The translations under genes and the position numbers were made by a program. DNA of 63,872 nt, the filler included, from Piedraia hortae CBS 480.64 (Eukaryota): NCBI GenBank assembly GCA_010093745.1. It is 4 parts of 4 records of this genome, joined end to end, with 100 filler letters (N's around TTAATTAATTAA, not from the genome) between each part and the next. Parts side by side here need not be neighbours in the genome. Positions count along the whole stretch, not along the records: positions 25,242 to 47,609 come from MU006060.1; 3 more parts are not named here. The stretch is one strand, 5' to 3'. Shown here one piece after another: positions 25,142 to 34,760 of the stretch. The first letter of the stretch is position 1. Each line of letters starts with the position of its first letter. Under the pieces are notes generated by a model. That model had not been told where the DNA came from, did not search any database, and saw only the letters and a program-made list of their open reading frames with translations.

Positions 25142-25241
25142 NNNNNNNNNNNNNNNNNNNNNNNNNNNNNNNNNNNNNNNNNNNNTTAATTAATTAANNN
25201 NNNNNNNNNNNNNNNNNNNNNNNNNNNNNNNNNNNNNNNNN
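25142..25241. other. Artificial contig spacer
   Basis: 100 bp: Ns around TTAATTAATTAA (stops in all six frames). Confidence 0.98.
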
Positions 25242-25359
25242 TGTGTCGGCTGGACCCCATGTCCTCGACACCATCTTCAATCCCTCTCTCCTCCCCGGCC
25301 CTTCGGCCGGGCAGGGCGCGCAAGCGCCCCTCACCGGCGCGCTTTTCGCGCGGCGGTGG
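25242..25359 (-). repeat. 118-bp triple-hairpin leader repeat, copy 1 (cut by the contig end)
   Basis: Identical to 28040-28157 except one base. Confidence 0.95.
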
Positions 25360-25613
25360 ACGTTCGTGGGGAAACCCGCCGGGGAGACCAGCGAGCCGTC
25401 CCTACAGCGAGGGATCGTCACCCGGCAGGGCGGAGACCCGCGAGGGGCTCCGGGCGGCGAAGCCGGCTAGAGCCCGGTCCCGCCCGAAGGGCGGGCGCCC
25501 TGAAAAGGCTTGAAGGTCACCGATGTAGCTGCGGTCTTGGGTACGTTCTGGCGGCGATCTCGCCTAGTCGTTAAGGCCGGACGATCTTGGCCGACACGAT
25601 GGAGGGAAGCGAC

Positions 25614-25961
25614 ATGAGAAACGCGATGCTGGCGATCATCGGCGCATTTGCTCTGGCGGGCTGCAGCAAGTCGGTCGAGGGCACGTACAACATGGTCAAC
25701 GGCCCCGTGCCGGGCGTGGTCGCAACCTTCGGTGACAAGACCTTCTCGCTTTCGAGCGGCGCGAGCGGTAGCTACGAGGTCAGTGGAGACACCGTCATTT
25801 TGAGCGGCAACTCGCTTGGCGGGACCTACAAGATCGACGGCGGGAAGCTGGTCGGTGATCGCTTCTCGTTCGTCCCTCGCGACCCGAACGACAAGTCGCC
25901 GATCAATCTCGGACCGCGCTCGTCGGGCAGCATGTCGACGACTGGTGGGAAAGCCTTCTAG
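25614..25961 (+). CDS. Small lipoprotein
   Basis: GGAGG RBS; MRNAMLAIIGAFALAGC lipobox; beta-strand-rich mature part. Confidence 0.8.
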   Translation: MRNAMLAIIGAFALAGCSKSVEGTYNMVNGPVPGVVATFGDKTFSLSSGASGSYEVSGDTVILSGNSLGGTYKIDGGKLVGDRFSFVPRDPNDKSPINLGPRSSGSMSTTGGKAF

Positions 25962-26305
25962 GGCCGGGAGTGAGACTTCTCGCCGTTCGGGGCCGTTAGG
26001 CCGAACTCGGCGTCTATGTCGCGACCTGCCGCCTCCCGGATAGCGAACATCTCGGTGTGGGTGATCCGACCATCGACCATGGCTGTTCGGTAGGCCTGCG
26101 CTCCGAGTGGTCCGGCGCGGGACAGGACGATCGCGTCGCGCTCGCCCTTCGCGCTCACAGGCCCGAAGGGCCAAAGAGCGATAGAAACCGCTCCTAGGCC
26201 TGCGGCGAGGATGACAAAGCTGAACGGCGCCCGTCGCCGTGCGAACAAGAAGAGCGCGCCGGCCAGAAACAGGATCAGGACGGCGACGGGAATGAGGTTG
26301 AGCAT
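25958..26305 (-). CDS. Hypothetical membrane protein
   Basis: MLNLIPVAVLILFLAG..., two hydrophobic segments. Confidence 0.65.
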   Translation of the reverse strand: MLNLIPVAVLILFLAGALFLFARRRAPFSFVILAAGLGAVSIALWPFGPVSAKGERDAIVLSRAGPLGAQAYRTAMVDGRITHTEMFAIREAAGRDIDAEFGLTAPNGEKSHSRP

Positions 26306-26366
26306 GGTCCTGCCTCTCGGATGAGCCATCGTATGAGCTGGCGACCGCAGACGCCAGAGCTGCTGG

Positions 26367-26579
26367 TCAGGTGACGCGGATGGCGATCGTCTCGTCGTCG
26401 CCGTTATCGATGACGAGGACGGTGCGGCCATCGCGTGCGGCAGCTGCTGCCGCGTCCGCTGGCCAGTCCCCGTACTCGCGCAACGTCTTGGCCATGTGTG
26501 TCTCGGCGCTGGCGCGATCCGGGTGATCCTTGATGATCGTGTCGAACGATAGCGACTGGTGAAGGGTTTGAATGGGCAT
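26367..26579 (-). CDS. Small hypothetical protein
   Basis: MPIQTLHQSLSF...; GGA RBS; GC3-rich codons. Confidence 0.6.
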   Translation of the reverse strand: MPIQTLHQSLSFDTIIKDHPDRASAETHMAKTLREYGDWPADAAAAAARDGRTVLVIDNGDDETIAIRVT

Positions 26580-26740
26580 AGTGATTTCCAGCGGAGGCCG
26601 GCACATGCGAGGCGTAGCAAGTGTGCGACCCGCAGGGGTCGCCACGACGCGAGCGAGCAGTGCCTGGCGAGCCATCGGGACCGACAGCGACCGACGCGCG
26701 ACAGATGAGGCGGTGCGATCCGATCAGGTGAGGCCTGATT

Positions 26741-27196
26741 TTACCCTGCGGTTGTGGGAACCAGCACGAAGGGTGGCGGAAGGTACGCGCCAGTGGCGAA
26801 ATGCTCCCGCAGGTCGTCGAGGGTCGCGATCTCGCCGGCTTCGTCGGATGTCAGGACGGGGCGGCCGTCTTCGTCGGCGGTGAAGGCGCGACGCTCGCCC
26901 ACGCCCTTCCAGATGACGATCTCGGCGGGGAAGGAACCCGGCGCGCCGCCCGACCAGCGCCAGAACGGCAGGTCGTTCGTGCAGCAGAAGTCCTCGATCT
27001 CGTCGATCTTGCCGTTTGCGATGTCGTGGCCGCGCAGCACGAGTGGTTCACCGTCGGGTAGGTCGTTGGCGGTGAAAGGCTCGCCGTCCCACTCGGTGGA
27101 AAGGTTTTCGGCGTTAGCCTTTTCGATGAGCTCGCCGAGAAGATCAGCGGAAAGTCTTCCACCAATCGAAATCGAGACAGATACGCGGTCAGCCAT
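26741..27196 (-). CDS. Hypothetical acidic protein
   Basis: GAGG RBS before MADRVSVSISIGG; strong GC3 bias. Confidence 0.75.
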   Translation of the reverse strand: MADRVSVSISIGGRLSADLLGELIEKANAENLSTEWDGEPFTANDLPDGEPLVLRGHDIANGKIDEIEDFCCTNDLPFWRWSGGAPGSFPAEIVIWKGVGERRAFTADEDGRPVLTSDEAGEIATLDDLREHFATGAYLPPPFVLVPTTAG

Positions 27197-27401
27197 GGTG
27201 GCACCTCGTGGATATCGTGGCGCGCTGGTCTTGAGCGGTCCTTCGGCACCATTCGTCCAGCTATCCACCGCCACCCCCCTTCCCTTCGGCTAAAAGGTTG
27301 AAAGACTGTTTCTATTAAGGGTCATTGATGCAGCAGAATCTAGTTATGCCGAAGATGCAAGACGGTTTTGGGTCCGTTTCGATGCCTGTCTCCATTTAAG
27401 C

Positions 27402-27434
27402 AAAAAAAGGGCGATGCCTGGGGAGGCATCGCCC
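27402..27434 (-). terminator. Intrinsic terminator downstream of the DUF736 gene
   Basis: 11-bp stem GGGCGATGCCT/AGGCATCGCCC followed by T7 on the minus strand. Confidence 0.85.
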
Positions 27435-27511
27435 GAGTGACGCGCAGGGAGTGGGGGGGAGCCTGCGACGTCTGCCGGTGCCGCGAGGGAGCGAGCGGCA
27501 CCGGGAGGGGA

Positions 27512-28027
27512 TCAGGCGTTCTCGGTCACGCGCTTGCCGCGGCTGCGGCGCGTGGTTTCCTCGACGGGGGCGGTGGTCTCGCCGAGGCCGTCGTCGCCGG
27601 CGCCGGCGCTGCCGCTCATCCCGGCGTCGTCGCTCGAGCCGTCGGCACCGAACGGCGGAGCGGGATCCTCGTCCGACTTGATGCCGAGGGCGCTGGTCAC
27701 GTCGCGGCGCTTCTGCGCGCGCTGCCAGACGATGTTGTACGAGCCGTCCTCCTGCCGGAAGGCCGAGACCTGCAGCGGCTGGGCGAGCGAGGGATCGTCG
27801 ATGCGGCCGTTGAGGAACGCCTCGCCGGTGTTGTTCGACGTGAGTTCGAAGAAGGCGCCGACCTGCACCCACGTGCGGCCGGGAGTCAGCGCGTGGATCT
27901 CGTAGCGCGGCGCGCGCGGGTTGGTGGACTGGACCGGCTTCAGCGCGATCGTCATCGCAACCGCGAGCGTCGAGATGCGGCCCATGAAGATGCCGGCGTC
28001 GTTCTGCTTGATCTGACCGATGTTCAT
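27512..28027 (-). CDS. DUF736 family protein with acidic tail
   Basis: MNIGQI...GRISTL...NPRAPRYEI...VGAFF...IDDPSLAQPL...IVWQR pattern; AGGAG RBS. Confidence 0.85.
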   Translation of the reverse strand: MNIGQIKQNDAGIFMGRISTLAVAMTIALKPVQSTNPRAPRYEIHALTPGRTWVQVGAFFELTSNNTGEAFLNGRIDDPSLAQPLQVSAFRQEDGSYNIVWQRAQKRRDVTSALGIKSDEDPAPPFGADGSSDDAGMSGSAGAGDDGLGETTAPVEETTRRSRGKRVTENA

Positions 28028-28039
28028 CGTAACGTCTCC

Positions 28040-28157
28040 TGTGTCGGCTGGACCCCATGTCCTCGACACCATCTTCAATCCCTCTCTCCTCCCCGGCCCT
28101 TCGGCCGGGCAGGGCGCGCAAGCGCCCCTCACCGACGCGCTTTTCGCGCGGCGGTGG
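28040..28157 (-). promoter_or_regulatory. 118-bp triple-hairpin leader, copy 2, directly upstream of DUF736
   Basis: Hairpins CCCGGCC-CTTC-GGCCGGG, GGGCGC-GCAA-GCGCCC and CCG.CGCGC-TTTTC-GCGCG.CGG; regulatory role is inferred. Confidence 0.6.
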
Positions 28158-28204
28158 TTGACCGGGAGCGACCTTGGGGCGACGTGCTTGGCACGGTGTC
28201 GCCG

Positions 28205-28747
28205 TTACGGTGGACCGCAGGGGTGTTCCGGGATCGGAGCCGGAGGGTGGCGCTCGAGGTGACGCCGGGCGGTTGCCAGTTTGCGCAAGGCAGACGCCAG
28301 AAACAGTCCGTGCGAACTCTCCGCGTCGATAAGCGCCGCGCGCTTCGTCAGCTGGGTCTCCCGGTGCCGGATCGCGTCGATGGCCATCATCACATCGTCG
28401 AGGGTGAGTGCGACGACCGTCTGTGACGGTGAGAGCGGCACGCACCGCAGCGCGAAGGGCAGGAACTGCGGCGCGATCGGCAGATGGTGCGCAAGCGCGA
28501 GCTCGACGGCGTGCCGCCACTTATCGGCGTCGTGGACGGTCTCCCGCAGGATCGCCGCAGACGACATGGGCGCGAGCGAGCGCAGCGCCCCGGCATCGAT
28601 GGTAACCGCGAGTGGGTCGCTGGATGCCAGGCCGATGACGCCTTCGGAGATGATGGCGAGGACGTCGCCCTCCACGATGCAGGGGCTCTCGTCGAGGCAC
28701 GCTTCGTAGGCGGCCGCGCTGGTGTCGTAATAGTGGACGCGGTACAT
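28205..28747 (-). CDS. Hypothetical protein
   Basis: AAGGA RBS; MYRVHYYDTS...; GC3 bias. Confidence 0.75.
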   Translation of the reverse strand: MYRVHYYDTSAAAYEACLDESPCIVEGDVLAIISEGVIGLASSDPLAVTIDAGALRSLAPMSSAAILRETVHDADKWRHAVELALAHHLPIAPQFLPFALRCVPLSPSQTVVALTLDDVMMAIDAIRHRETQLTKRAALIDAESSHGLFLASALRKLATARRHLERHPPAPIPEHPCGPP

Positions 28748-28789
28748 GACCGTTTCCTTCAGGTTCGGGGGTAACGACCGCGATTGCGG

Positions 28790-29074
28790 TCAGGAGTAGA
28801 GGGGTCGCTGGGCTGGGAAGCGCTCGGGCGGCAGCCCCGAGAAGGTGTAGGCGCGGTAGCGCCCGCCGTCGTAGATCACCGACGAGACGTCCGGCTTGTG
28901 CCGCTGCAGGCGCTCGAGGAGACGGTTCGCGCGACGCTGCGCCGCGATCGCGGCCTCGTCGTCGAAGTGGATGGCGATCGCGCGCACGAAGGTGCCGCTG
29001 TCGTACCACCAGCCACCTTCTTCGGGGCCGCCATAGGTCCGGTCTATCTCATAGAAAGCGAGGATGCTGCGCAT
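28790..29074 (-). CDS. Hypothetical protein
   Basis: GGGAG RBS; MRSILAFYEIDRTYGGPEEGGWWYD. Confidence 0.75.
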   Translation of the reverse strand: MRSILAFYEIDRTYGGPEEGGWWYDSGTFVRAIAIHFDDEAAIAAQRRANRLLERLQRHKPDVSSVIYDGGRYRAYTFSGLPPERFPAQRPLYS

Positions 29075-29335
29075 GATGGACTCCCGTCGGCTGCGGGCGG
29101 CTCGATCACCGCCAGCGTTCAGCCACCGCCATCCCCCTCCCCTTCGTTCAGGCGTCCCGGGCGTCATCGTGTCGTTGGTGGCGCAAGGCGCGCGCCAGCG
29201 CTTTCTTTCGCGCGACGGCGTCGGCCCGCGTCGGACATGGTGCCGATAGGCGGCCGTGGCGTGCGCTGCTGTTGTCAAAGACGATCCAGCCAGCGGCGGT
29301 GTGGGCGACGTGCATGCCGTCGCTGCGCGACCCGG

Positions 29336-29890
29336 TCATGACTCCCGTCCCCGTGGGTCACGCTTCGCGGCCTCGGCCTGGAGGAGGCCGATCAAGCTCT
29401 CGCGACCCGACCGGATCTCGCTGTCCGGGGCGGCGATCACGGTCGCGGCTCGCCGCAGCAGGCTTGAGATATCGCGATCGTTCATGGGCAGTTGCGAGGG
29501 TGCGGGATGCGCCGGTTCGTCCCCGGCCTCGTCCATGAGGAGCACGAGGATGGATGGCTTGTGAGCTTCGTCGAGCGGACGGCTGTCGGTCACATGGCGG
29601 CCGCGGCCGGTCACGGCGAAAGCGTTGAAGGTGGGTGATACCCCGTCATTGGCATTGGGGATCGTGGTGCCCCGGTCATGGAACTGGATGTCGACGAAGC
29701 GCGCGGGGCCGTCGTAGCTCTTGCCCATGAAGCAGAAGGTGACCCGGCGGTTCTCGCTGGTCTTCGCCGTGATGGTGAAGGCGCCGTCGGGCACGTCGAT
29801 CGCCTTGTGCGGCACGTCGTTGAAGCCGGCGAAGCTGAGCGAGACGGCGTCGGCGCGGCTCATGACGGGAAGATCGGTGATGTCGGCCAT
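29336..29890 (-). CDS. Hypothetical protein
   Basis: GGAGGAG RBS; MADITDLPVM... Confidence 0.75.
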   Translation of the reverse strand: MADITDLPVMSRADAVSLSFAGFNDVPHKAIDVPDGAFTITAKTSENRRVTFCFMGKSYDGPARFVDIQFHDRGTTIPNANDGVSPTFNAFAVTGRGRHVTDSRPLDEAHKPSILVLLMDEAGDEPAHPAPSQLPMNDRDISSLLRRAATVIAAPDSEIRSGRESLIGLLQAEAAKRDPRGRES

Positions 29891-29962
29891 AAAGCGGCTC
29901 CTCCGGTTTTCATGGGAAAGGGCTGAAGCGGCACGCCCAACCGGGCCGTGCGTTGAGGCTCG

Positions 29963-30205
29963 ATGACGACTGGCGACATCGAGGACCTGTTCGTGACGCT
30001 GTTGGTCGGTGTGGCGGGCGGCAGCGACGCGTCTTGGCGCAAGGCGGTCGGGCCTGTGACGGCGCTGCCGGTGGTGTTCCATCCGCGCTCGAATTGGTCG
30101 ATCGCGCCGCAGGGGTCGGCGCGTCAGATCGAGGCGATCGAGAAAGCCGAAGCGATCATCCGGCAAGAGCACCCTTACGTGCCCAGTCCCGGCTTCCGGC
30201 CCTAG
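29963..30205 (+). CDS. Small hypothetical protein
   Basis: GAGG RBS; 80-aa ORF filling the gap between minus-strand genes. Confidence 0.6.
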   Translation: MTTGDIEDLFVTLLVGVAGGSDASWRKAVGPVTALPVVFHPRSNWSIAPQGSARQIEAIEKAEAIIRQEHPYVPSPGFRP

Positions 30206-31497
30206 GCGGCGCGTCGATCGGCGGCTGCCATCAGGCGGGTCGCGGCACCGAACGTCCGCAGCGTCGTCGCGATCGTGCCTCGCAGTTTGGCTTTGCTTGA
30301 GACGACGAACTCCGGGTCGAGCGGCGTGCCGTCGGTCGTCGCGAAGCCGCAGGCAAGGCCGCTGCGTGTCTCCACGCGAACGAGGTGCCCCCGCCCCGGC
30401 GCCGGTCCTACGTGACGCGCGGTGAACTCGCCGAGACTGCCGTAGAGCGAGGTGATCGCTTTGCCCCAGCGAATGTGGCCTTGGGCGGCAGCGTCAGTCC
30501 CGTTGAAACCACGATCGAGCCAGGTGCGGAGGTGGGTTCGCTGTTGGAGACGTGAGTTGCGGGTCCGCTCCATCGTTCGCGCGAGCGGCAGAATGTGGCC
30601 GATGGTGTCGATCAGGTCGAGATCGGCTCCCTGCAGAGCGACAAGAACATCGTCGTATTCACGATTTTGCAGAAGTGCGGTTAGCTGGTTGGCAGCTGCG
30701 ACGTGATCCATAGACGGCGTAGCGGCGTTCGGCTCGTCGAGTGCCTCGGCGCCGACGAAGCCGCCCGGGGTGAGCACGATGATCGTCGCGGCTTCGGCGC
30801 CCGGACGGGCGAGGGTCAGGGAAAGGAAGTCCCAAGCGGGGTCGCTGTCGATGTGGTCGGCGCCAACGATCATCAGCCGCCGCGACCACCGGGCAGGTCG
30901 GTGGTGGTCGGAGGGCTTCGGGTAACTGCTTGGCACCGGACGTCCGGCGAGGATGATCTGAGGGTCTTTCGGCAGGTTGTCGCGGCGCATGCCGGCGACG
31001 AGGGTGCGCCGCGCCGCATCGAAGAGGTCTGTGCGATCTCCACCGCCATCGCTGAAGCCTTGGTCGTAGGCTGCGTGGCGCTCTTCCAGAGAAGCCGAAC
31101 AGGGGATCGCGTCGGAGTAGTGATGGGGCCATCCGACATGCGCTGCGTACCAACCGTCGGCGTATCGATTGGCGAGATCCCAGCTCAGTGCGTGGTCCTC
31201 GCGCCCTCGCATGATCGCGATGTCGCGGTCGCTGCCGAGTCCTCGGCGGATCTGATCCTCGGTGAAGGCGAAGTTGGTGGCCTCGCGTTGCGCAGCGGCC
31301 TCGGCCGCGATCGCGTCGTTCACGCTCCGCATCGCGGCGATCCGTTCGCGGCCTCGGGCCATTCGGTCGGAAAGGGGCGCGTCGCTCGGCAGATCGGGAA
31401 AGGTGCGCCACGCCGCGGCGATCGCCGCGGCGTGCTCGGGAGAACGTCCGCGCGACAGCCAGGCCGCGGGATCGGCGGGATCGAAGGCTTCGGACAT
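30202..31497 (-). CDS. Hypothetical protein (431 aa)
   Basis: GAGG RBS before MSEAFDPADP; long GC3-biased ORF. Confidence 0.7.
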   Translation of the reverse strand: MSEAFDPADPAAWLSRGRSPEHAAAIAAAWRTFPDLPSDAPLSDRMARGRERIAAMRSVNDAIAAEAAAQREATNFAFTEDQIRRGLGSDRDIAIMRGREDHALSWDLANRYADGWYAAHVGWPHHYSDAIPCSASLEERHAAYDQGFSDGGGDRTDLFDAARRTLVAGMRRDNLPKDPQIILAGRPVPSSYPKPSDHHRPARWSRRLMIVGADHIDSDPAWDFLSLTLARPGAEAATIIVLTPGGFVGAEALDEPNAATPSMDHVAAANQLTALLQNREYDDVLVALQGADLDLIDTIGHILPLARTMERTRNSRLQQRTHLRTWLDRGFNGTDAAAQGHIRWGKAITSLYGSLGEFTARHVGPAPGRGHLVRVETRSGLACGFATTDGTPLDPEFVVSSKAKLRGTIATTLRTFGAATRLMAAADRRAA

Positions 31498-31549
31498 CGT
31501 CGGCCTCGTTCTTGCTGGTGGTCCGCCCAGAAGGACAGCGGGATCGCCG

Positions 31550-32059
31550 TCAGGCGGTCGCGGCCTCGGTGAGGCGCGCGCTGGCGACCGCGGCCTCGTC
31601 GGGGAAGGCGGCGGCCAGGTTGCGGTGCAACGTCTCGAAGTCGGCGATAGGGAAGCTTCCGTCGGGGCTGGGTCGCGTGACGTGAAAGGCGCTGACCAGG
31701 ATCTCGAGCGGATCGCTCTGGACGATCGTTGCCGTGGCGTCGTCGTACTCGACAGGCGCGCGAAAGCCGGCTTCAAGCCAGGTCCCGAGACCCTCTTCGA
31801 CGGCCTCGGCATAGGCACTGACCGCTTCGTCCAGCTCGTTCTCGACGTGGAGGACGAGCGACACATAGCGGCCGAAGTCGTGCCGATTGGACAAGCCGGT
31901 CAGGCGGCATCCTGCTGGCGGCGAACCGTAGCGTGCGATGATCGCGTATTTGTAGGCGAGCACCTCGAGCTCGTTGAGAACGTCGAAATTGGGCGTTTGC
32001 CCGAGCTGCGCGCACGGTTCGTTGGCGGGCGTACCGCCGATGTCGACGAAGTAGGGCAT
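31550..32059 (-). CDS. Hypothetical protein
   Basis: GGAG RBS; MPYFVDIGGTPANEPCAQLG...HDFGRY. Confidence 0.75.
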   Translation of the reverse strand: MPYFVDIGGTPANEPCAQLGQTPNFDVLNELEVLAYKYAIIARYGSPPAGCRLTGLSNRHDFGRYVSLVLHVENELDEAVSAYAEAVEEGLGTWLEAGFRAPVEYDDATATIVQSDPLEILVSAFHVTRPSPDGSFPIADFETLHRNLAAAFPDEAAVASARLTEAATA

Positions 32060-32171
32060 GGGGATCTCCAACGGTCCTGTCTTGACCGTCTGTCTCCTCC
32101 CCCTTCCTTCGCGCCCCAGTCGTCAGCGTGCGTCTTAAAGCGGCGCCCTGCTGCTCGAGCCGGAAGCGTGC

Positions 32172-32846
32172 CTAAGCCTGGTCCTTCTCGACACTAGCCG
32201 TCGGAAAGCGTTCTTCGATCACGAGTGACTGCCATTGCAGACGGTCACGTCCAAGCGCTGTGGATCGATCGAGCATCTGCTCAAGAGTGGCGCTCAAGCG
32301 GTTGAGCGACGCGGCGTAATCGTTGTCGAGCTCGTCGGCCTGCTGCGATGTCGGTGAGACCGTGGCCCGTGCCTTTCGGTGAGCCCGGGTCAACGCAGGC
32401 ATGTGGCGCTGTTCGATACCTTCGAGCTCGATGGTGGCTTCCTCGCGCAACTCTTCGGGTACGGCCTTGAGGCGAGCGAGCAGCCCGGCAATCCGTGCCT
32501 CTGCCATTCGCGCGTCGATGTTCATCGGCAGGGTAGCAGCCAGAGGCTTCGGTCGCGGGGCGGTCCCGTCGGAAGGTCCAGCCAGCTCGATGTATCCCAT
32601 ACCTGTCGCGTAAAGCATTCCGCCTACGAGGATGAGCACAACGGCGAGCAACTTCACGACATTGCCGCTGAGCAGATCGGCTATCTGCTGCAGCGGACTC
32701 GCGGGATCCGCGCCAACGCCGTTTCCGAGTTCGCCGACCTGTGATGTCATGAAGTTCGCCGCTGAGAGAAACACGCCAAGCAGTCCGCAGTGAAGTCCGA
32801 TATCGAAGCCGCCCTTTGGCGATGTGGGCTGACGGTGGTCGTCCAT
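32172..32846 (-). CDS. Hypothetical membrane protein with helical C-terminal domain
   Basis: Two hydrophobic segments followed by an amphipathic helical region; GGAGG upstream. Confidence 0.6.
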   Translation of the reverse strand: MDDHRQPTSPKGGFDIGLHCGLLGVFLSAANFMTSQVGELGNGVGADPASPLQQIADLLSGNVVKLLAVVLILVGGMLYATGMGYIELAGPSDGTAPRPKPLAATLPMNIDARMAEARIAGLLARLKAVPEELREEATIELEGIEQRHMPALTRAHRKARATVSPTSQQADELDNDYAASLNRLSATLEQMLDRSTALGRDRLQWQSLVIEERFPTASVEKDQA

Positions 32847-32862
32847 GTTCAAGCCCCCTCCG

Positions 32863-33180
32863 TTACAGATCACGATCAAAGCGCTGACGCTTCATGGCCG
32901 CCTGCGCGGGTCCATCGAAGCTGCCGAGCGTCTGCAGGCGGTCCGTCTCGAGTGTTGTTCCGAGATCAGTGGGGAGCGCGGCGTGCGGCGTGGCGATCGC
33001 GATTGCTGCGGCCGCGGTGGACAGTTCGCCGGGGGCGAGGCCTTTCCACACGAAGGTGTCGCGTTCGCCCGGGTCCTCGGGGTCGGGGCGAGACACCTGC
33101 ACGTAGAAGGTCTCGAGTGGGCGGTCCCATCCGATTGCGACACTGACGCCGGCGGGCCCGACAAAGGTATGTCGACTCAT
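32863..33180 (-). CDS. Hypothetical protein
   Basis: AGGA RBS; MSRHTF...IGWDRPLETFYVQV. Confidence 0.7.
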   Translation of the reverse strand: MSRHTFVGPAGVSVAIGWDRPLETFYVQVSRPDPEDPGERDTFVWKGLAPGELSTAAAAIAIATPHAALPTDLGTTLETDRLQTLGSFDGPAQAAMKRQRFDRDL

Positions 33181-33232
33181 GAGCGTGTTCCTGGGCTGGT
33201 TCGGTCGCGGCACATCGTTGCTGGCGACGTGA

Positions 33233-33484
33233 TCAAGCGTCGAGGCGTAGTGCGAGGAGTTGGATCAAGAAGCCAACAACGAGGAAGCCTCCGATGAACC
33301 CCCACGTCGCCGTCGCATGGCTTACCGAAAGGACCATGTTTACCAGCGCGTCGCTTGTCACCGTCGCGGGCTCGGGATCACTCCCCAGCAGCCACATATT
33401 CTGAGCGCAGATCATGGCCGCGAGGTAGAAGACAACTGCGAGGGCCGACACAGGTCGGCGGATGAGGAAGCTGATCATAGTCAC
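33233..33484 (-). CDS. Small two-TM membrane protein
   Basis: Two hydrophobic segments; GAGG RBS. Confidence 0.55.
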   Translation of the reverse strand: MTMISFLIRRPVSALAVVFYLAAMICAQNMWLLGSDPEPATVTSDALVNMVLSVSHATATWGFIGGFLVVGFLIQLLALRLDA

Positions 33485-33591
33485 CTCTATGATGTCTCGA
33501 ATGAAGGTTATTTCGGGTTGGTCGGGTCACGTCTAGTCAGCGATAGACGCCCTGGTCGCCGTAACCGCGGCCCTCGATGTCGACTGGGCGG

Positions 33592-33879
33592 CTAAGCCAA
33601 CGAGGCAACGGCTCGGATCACCGAGACGGGCTGCAGGTGATGCGCGCCGATCACGTCTTCGACGCCGTAGCTGAGGCACTCTTCGAGCCAGATGACATAG
33701 CACGCGGCCTCTGCGAGTTCGGTGGCGAGAAGCTCGTCCATCATCGCGGCCTCGCGCGCCATCTGCTCAGGCAGGGCGTCCCAGTCGAGCGCGTCAAGAA
33801 ATCGGTCCCGCCGGCTGATGAAGCGGATCAGGCGGTTCTCGTCGGCCTTGGCGATCGCGATCGCCTGTTGAATGCGCAT
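33592..33879 (-). CDS. Hypothetical protein
   Basis: GAGGAG RBS; 95-aa ORF downstream of a leader motif. Confidence 0.7.
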   Translation of the reverse strand: MRIQQAIAIAKADENRLIRFISRRDRFLDALDWDALPEQMAREAAMMDELLATELAEAACYVIWLEECLSYGVEDVIGAHHLQPVSVIRAVASLA

Positions 33880-33941
33880 GGCTCGTCTCCTCTTGTGGAC
33901 ACGATTCCTGCTCCCCCTCCCCTTCCCGTCGGCACGACGGG

Positions 33942-34748
33942 TCAGGCTCCGAGCTGCTCACGCAGGATGTCGGACCTGATCGGATAGGCGAGACGCGGTA
34001 GCGCTCGGCCCGCGCGCCGCGCGCCGCGGGTGAGCTCGAAGCAGTAGGTGAAAAGGGGTGCCTGTCGCGCCGGGACCAGGATTTCTGCGCGACGGCATCG
34101 TTCGAGCCATTCGCGAAGGTGCTCGTCCGCCTGCGGCCTCGGGGCGCCGAGCCTCACCAGTTGATCGACGGCGCCCGCATGACCTGTCTCGAGGTTTCGA
34201 ATTTTGGACAAGGTGCGATCAGAGATCGTTTCCCCGGCGATGCGGAGCACCGTCCGCGGCCTCGTTCGCCCGCGATACGCCCCGGAGAGCGAGGCGTAGA
34301 CGCAGCCGCAGTGTCCGACCTGAGGGTCGGAGAAGCTGACGACGGACTCGATCACCGGCTTTGCCTGACGCAGCAGCCGGAAGGCCCAGGCGGCGAAATA
34401 GCTTTCCCCATTGGCGGCGACGGAGGGCAGGCAGAGCAGGCGTTGCAGCACGCAGCCGCGGGTTGGCTCGTCATAGCCGGTATGGCGCGTGATGACCGCG
34501 CCCGTCGCGGGCACTCCGAAGACAATGATGCCGTCGAGAGAGGAAGCGCCGCCCCGGCCTGGGCCGAATAGCCCGACGGCCAGCTGTGCGGCGGGATAGC
34601 GATTGAGATAGTGATGGTCTGCGATGAAGGCGCGAGCGGTGTCGTGCGCCACGACGTCGACTGCGTAGCGCCTCGGGTCGATGACGGTGTCGTCGGCCAC
34701 GAAGCGGCTGCGCCGGTCGCGCCAGCGTTGTGAACGGTCGGTAATCAT
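33942..34748 (-). CDS. Mom-like GNAT-fold DNA adenine modification protein
   Basis: FIADHHYL, VGLF, IVFGVP, LQRL, NGESYF, VVSFSDP.VGH.G.VY.S...Y.GRT follow the phage Mu Mom family pattern. Confidence 0.8.
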   Translation of the reverse strand: MITDRSQRWRDRRSRFVADDTVIDPRRYAVDVVAHDTARAFIADHHYLNRYPAAQLAVGLFGPGRGGASSLDGIIVFGVPATGAVITRHTGYDEPTRGCVLQRLLCLPSVAANGESYFAAWAFRLLRQAKPVIESVVSFSDPQVGHCGCVYASLSGAYRGRTRPRTVLRIAGETISDRTLSKIRNLETGHAGAVDQLVRLGAPRPQADEHLREWLERCRRAEILVPARQAPLFTYCFELTRGARRAGRALPRLAYPIRSDILREQLGA

Positions 34749-34760
34749 GGTGAGCCTCGC

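Noticed and set aside
27368..28520. Long Arg/Ala/Gly-rich alternative-frame ORFs here and across both bacterial contigs (e.g. 57084-58979)
   Set aside because: Shadow ORFs expected in high-GC DNA, overlapping better-supported genes
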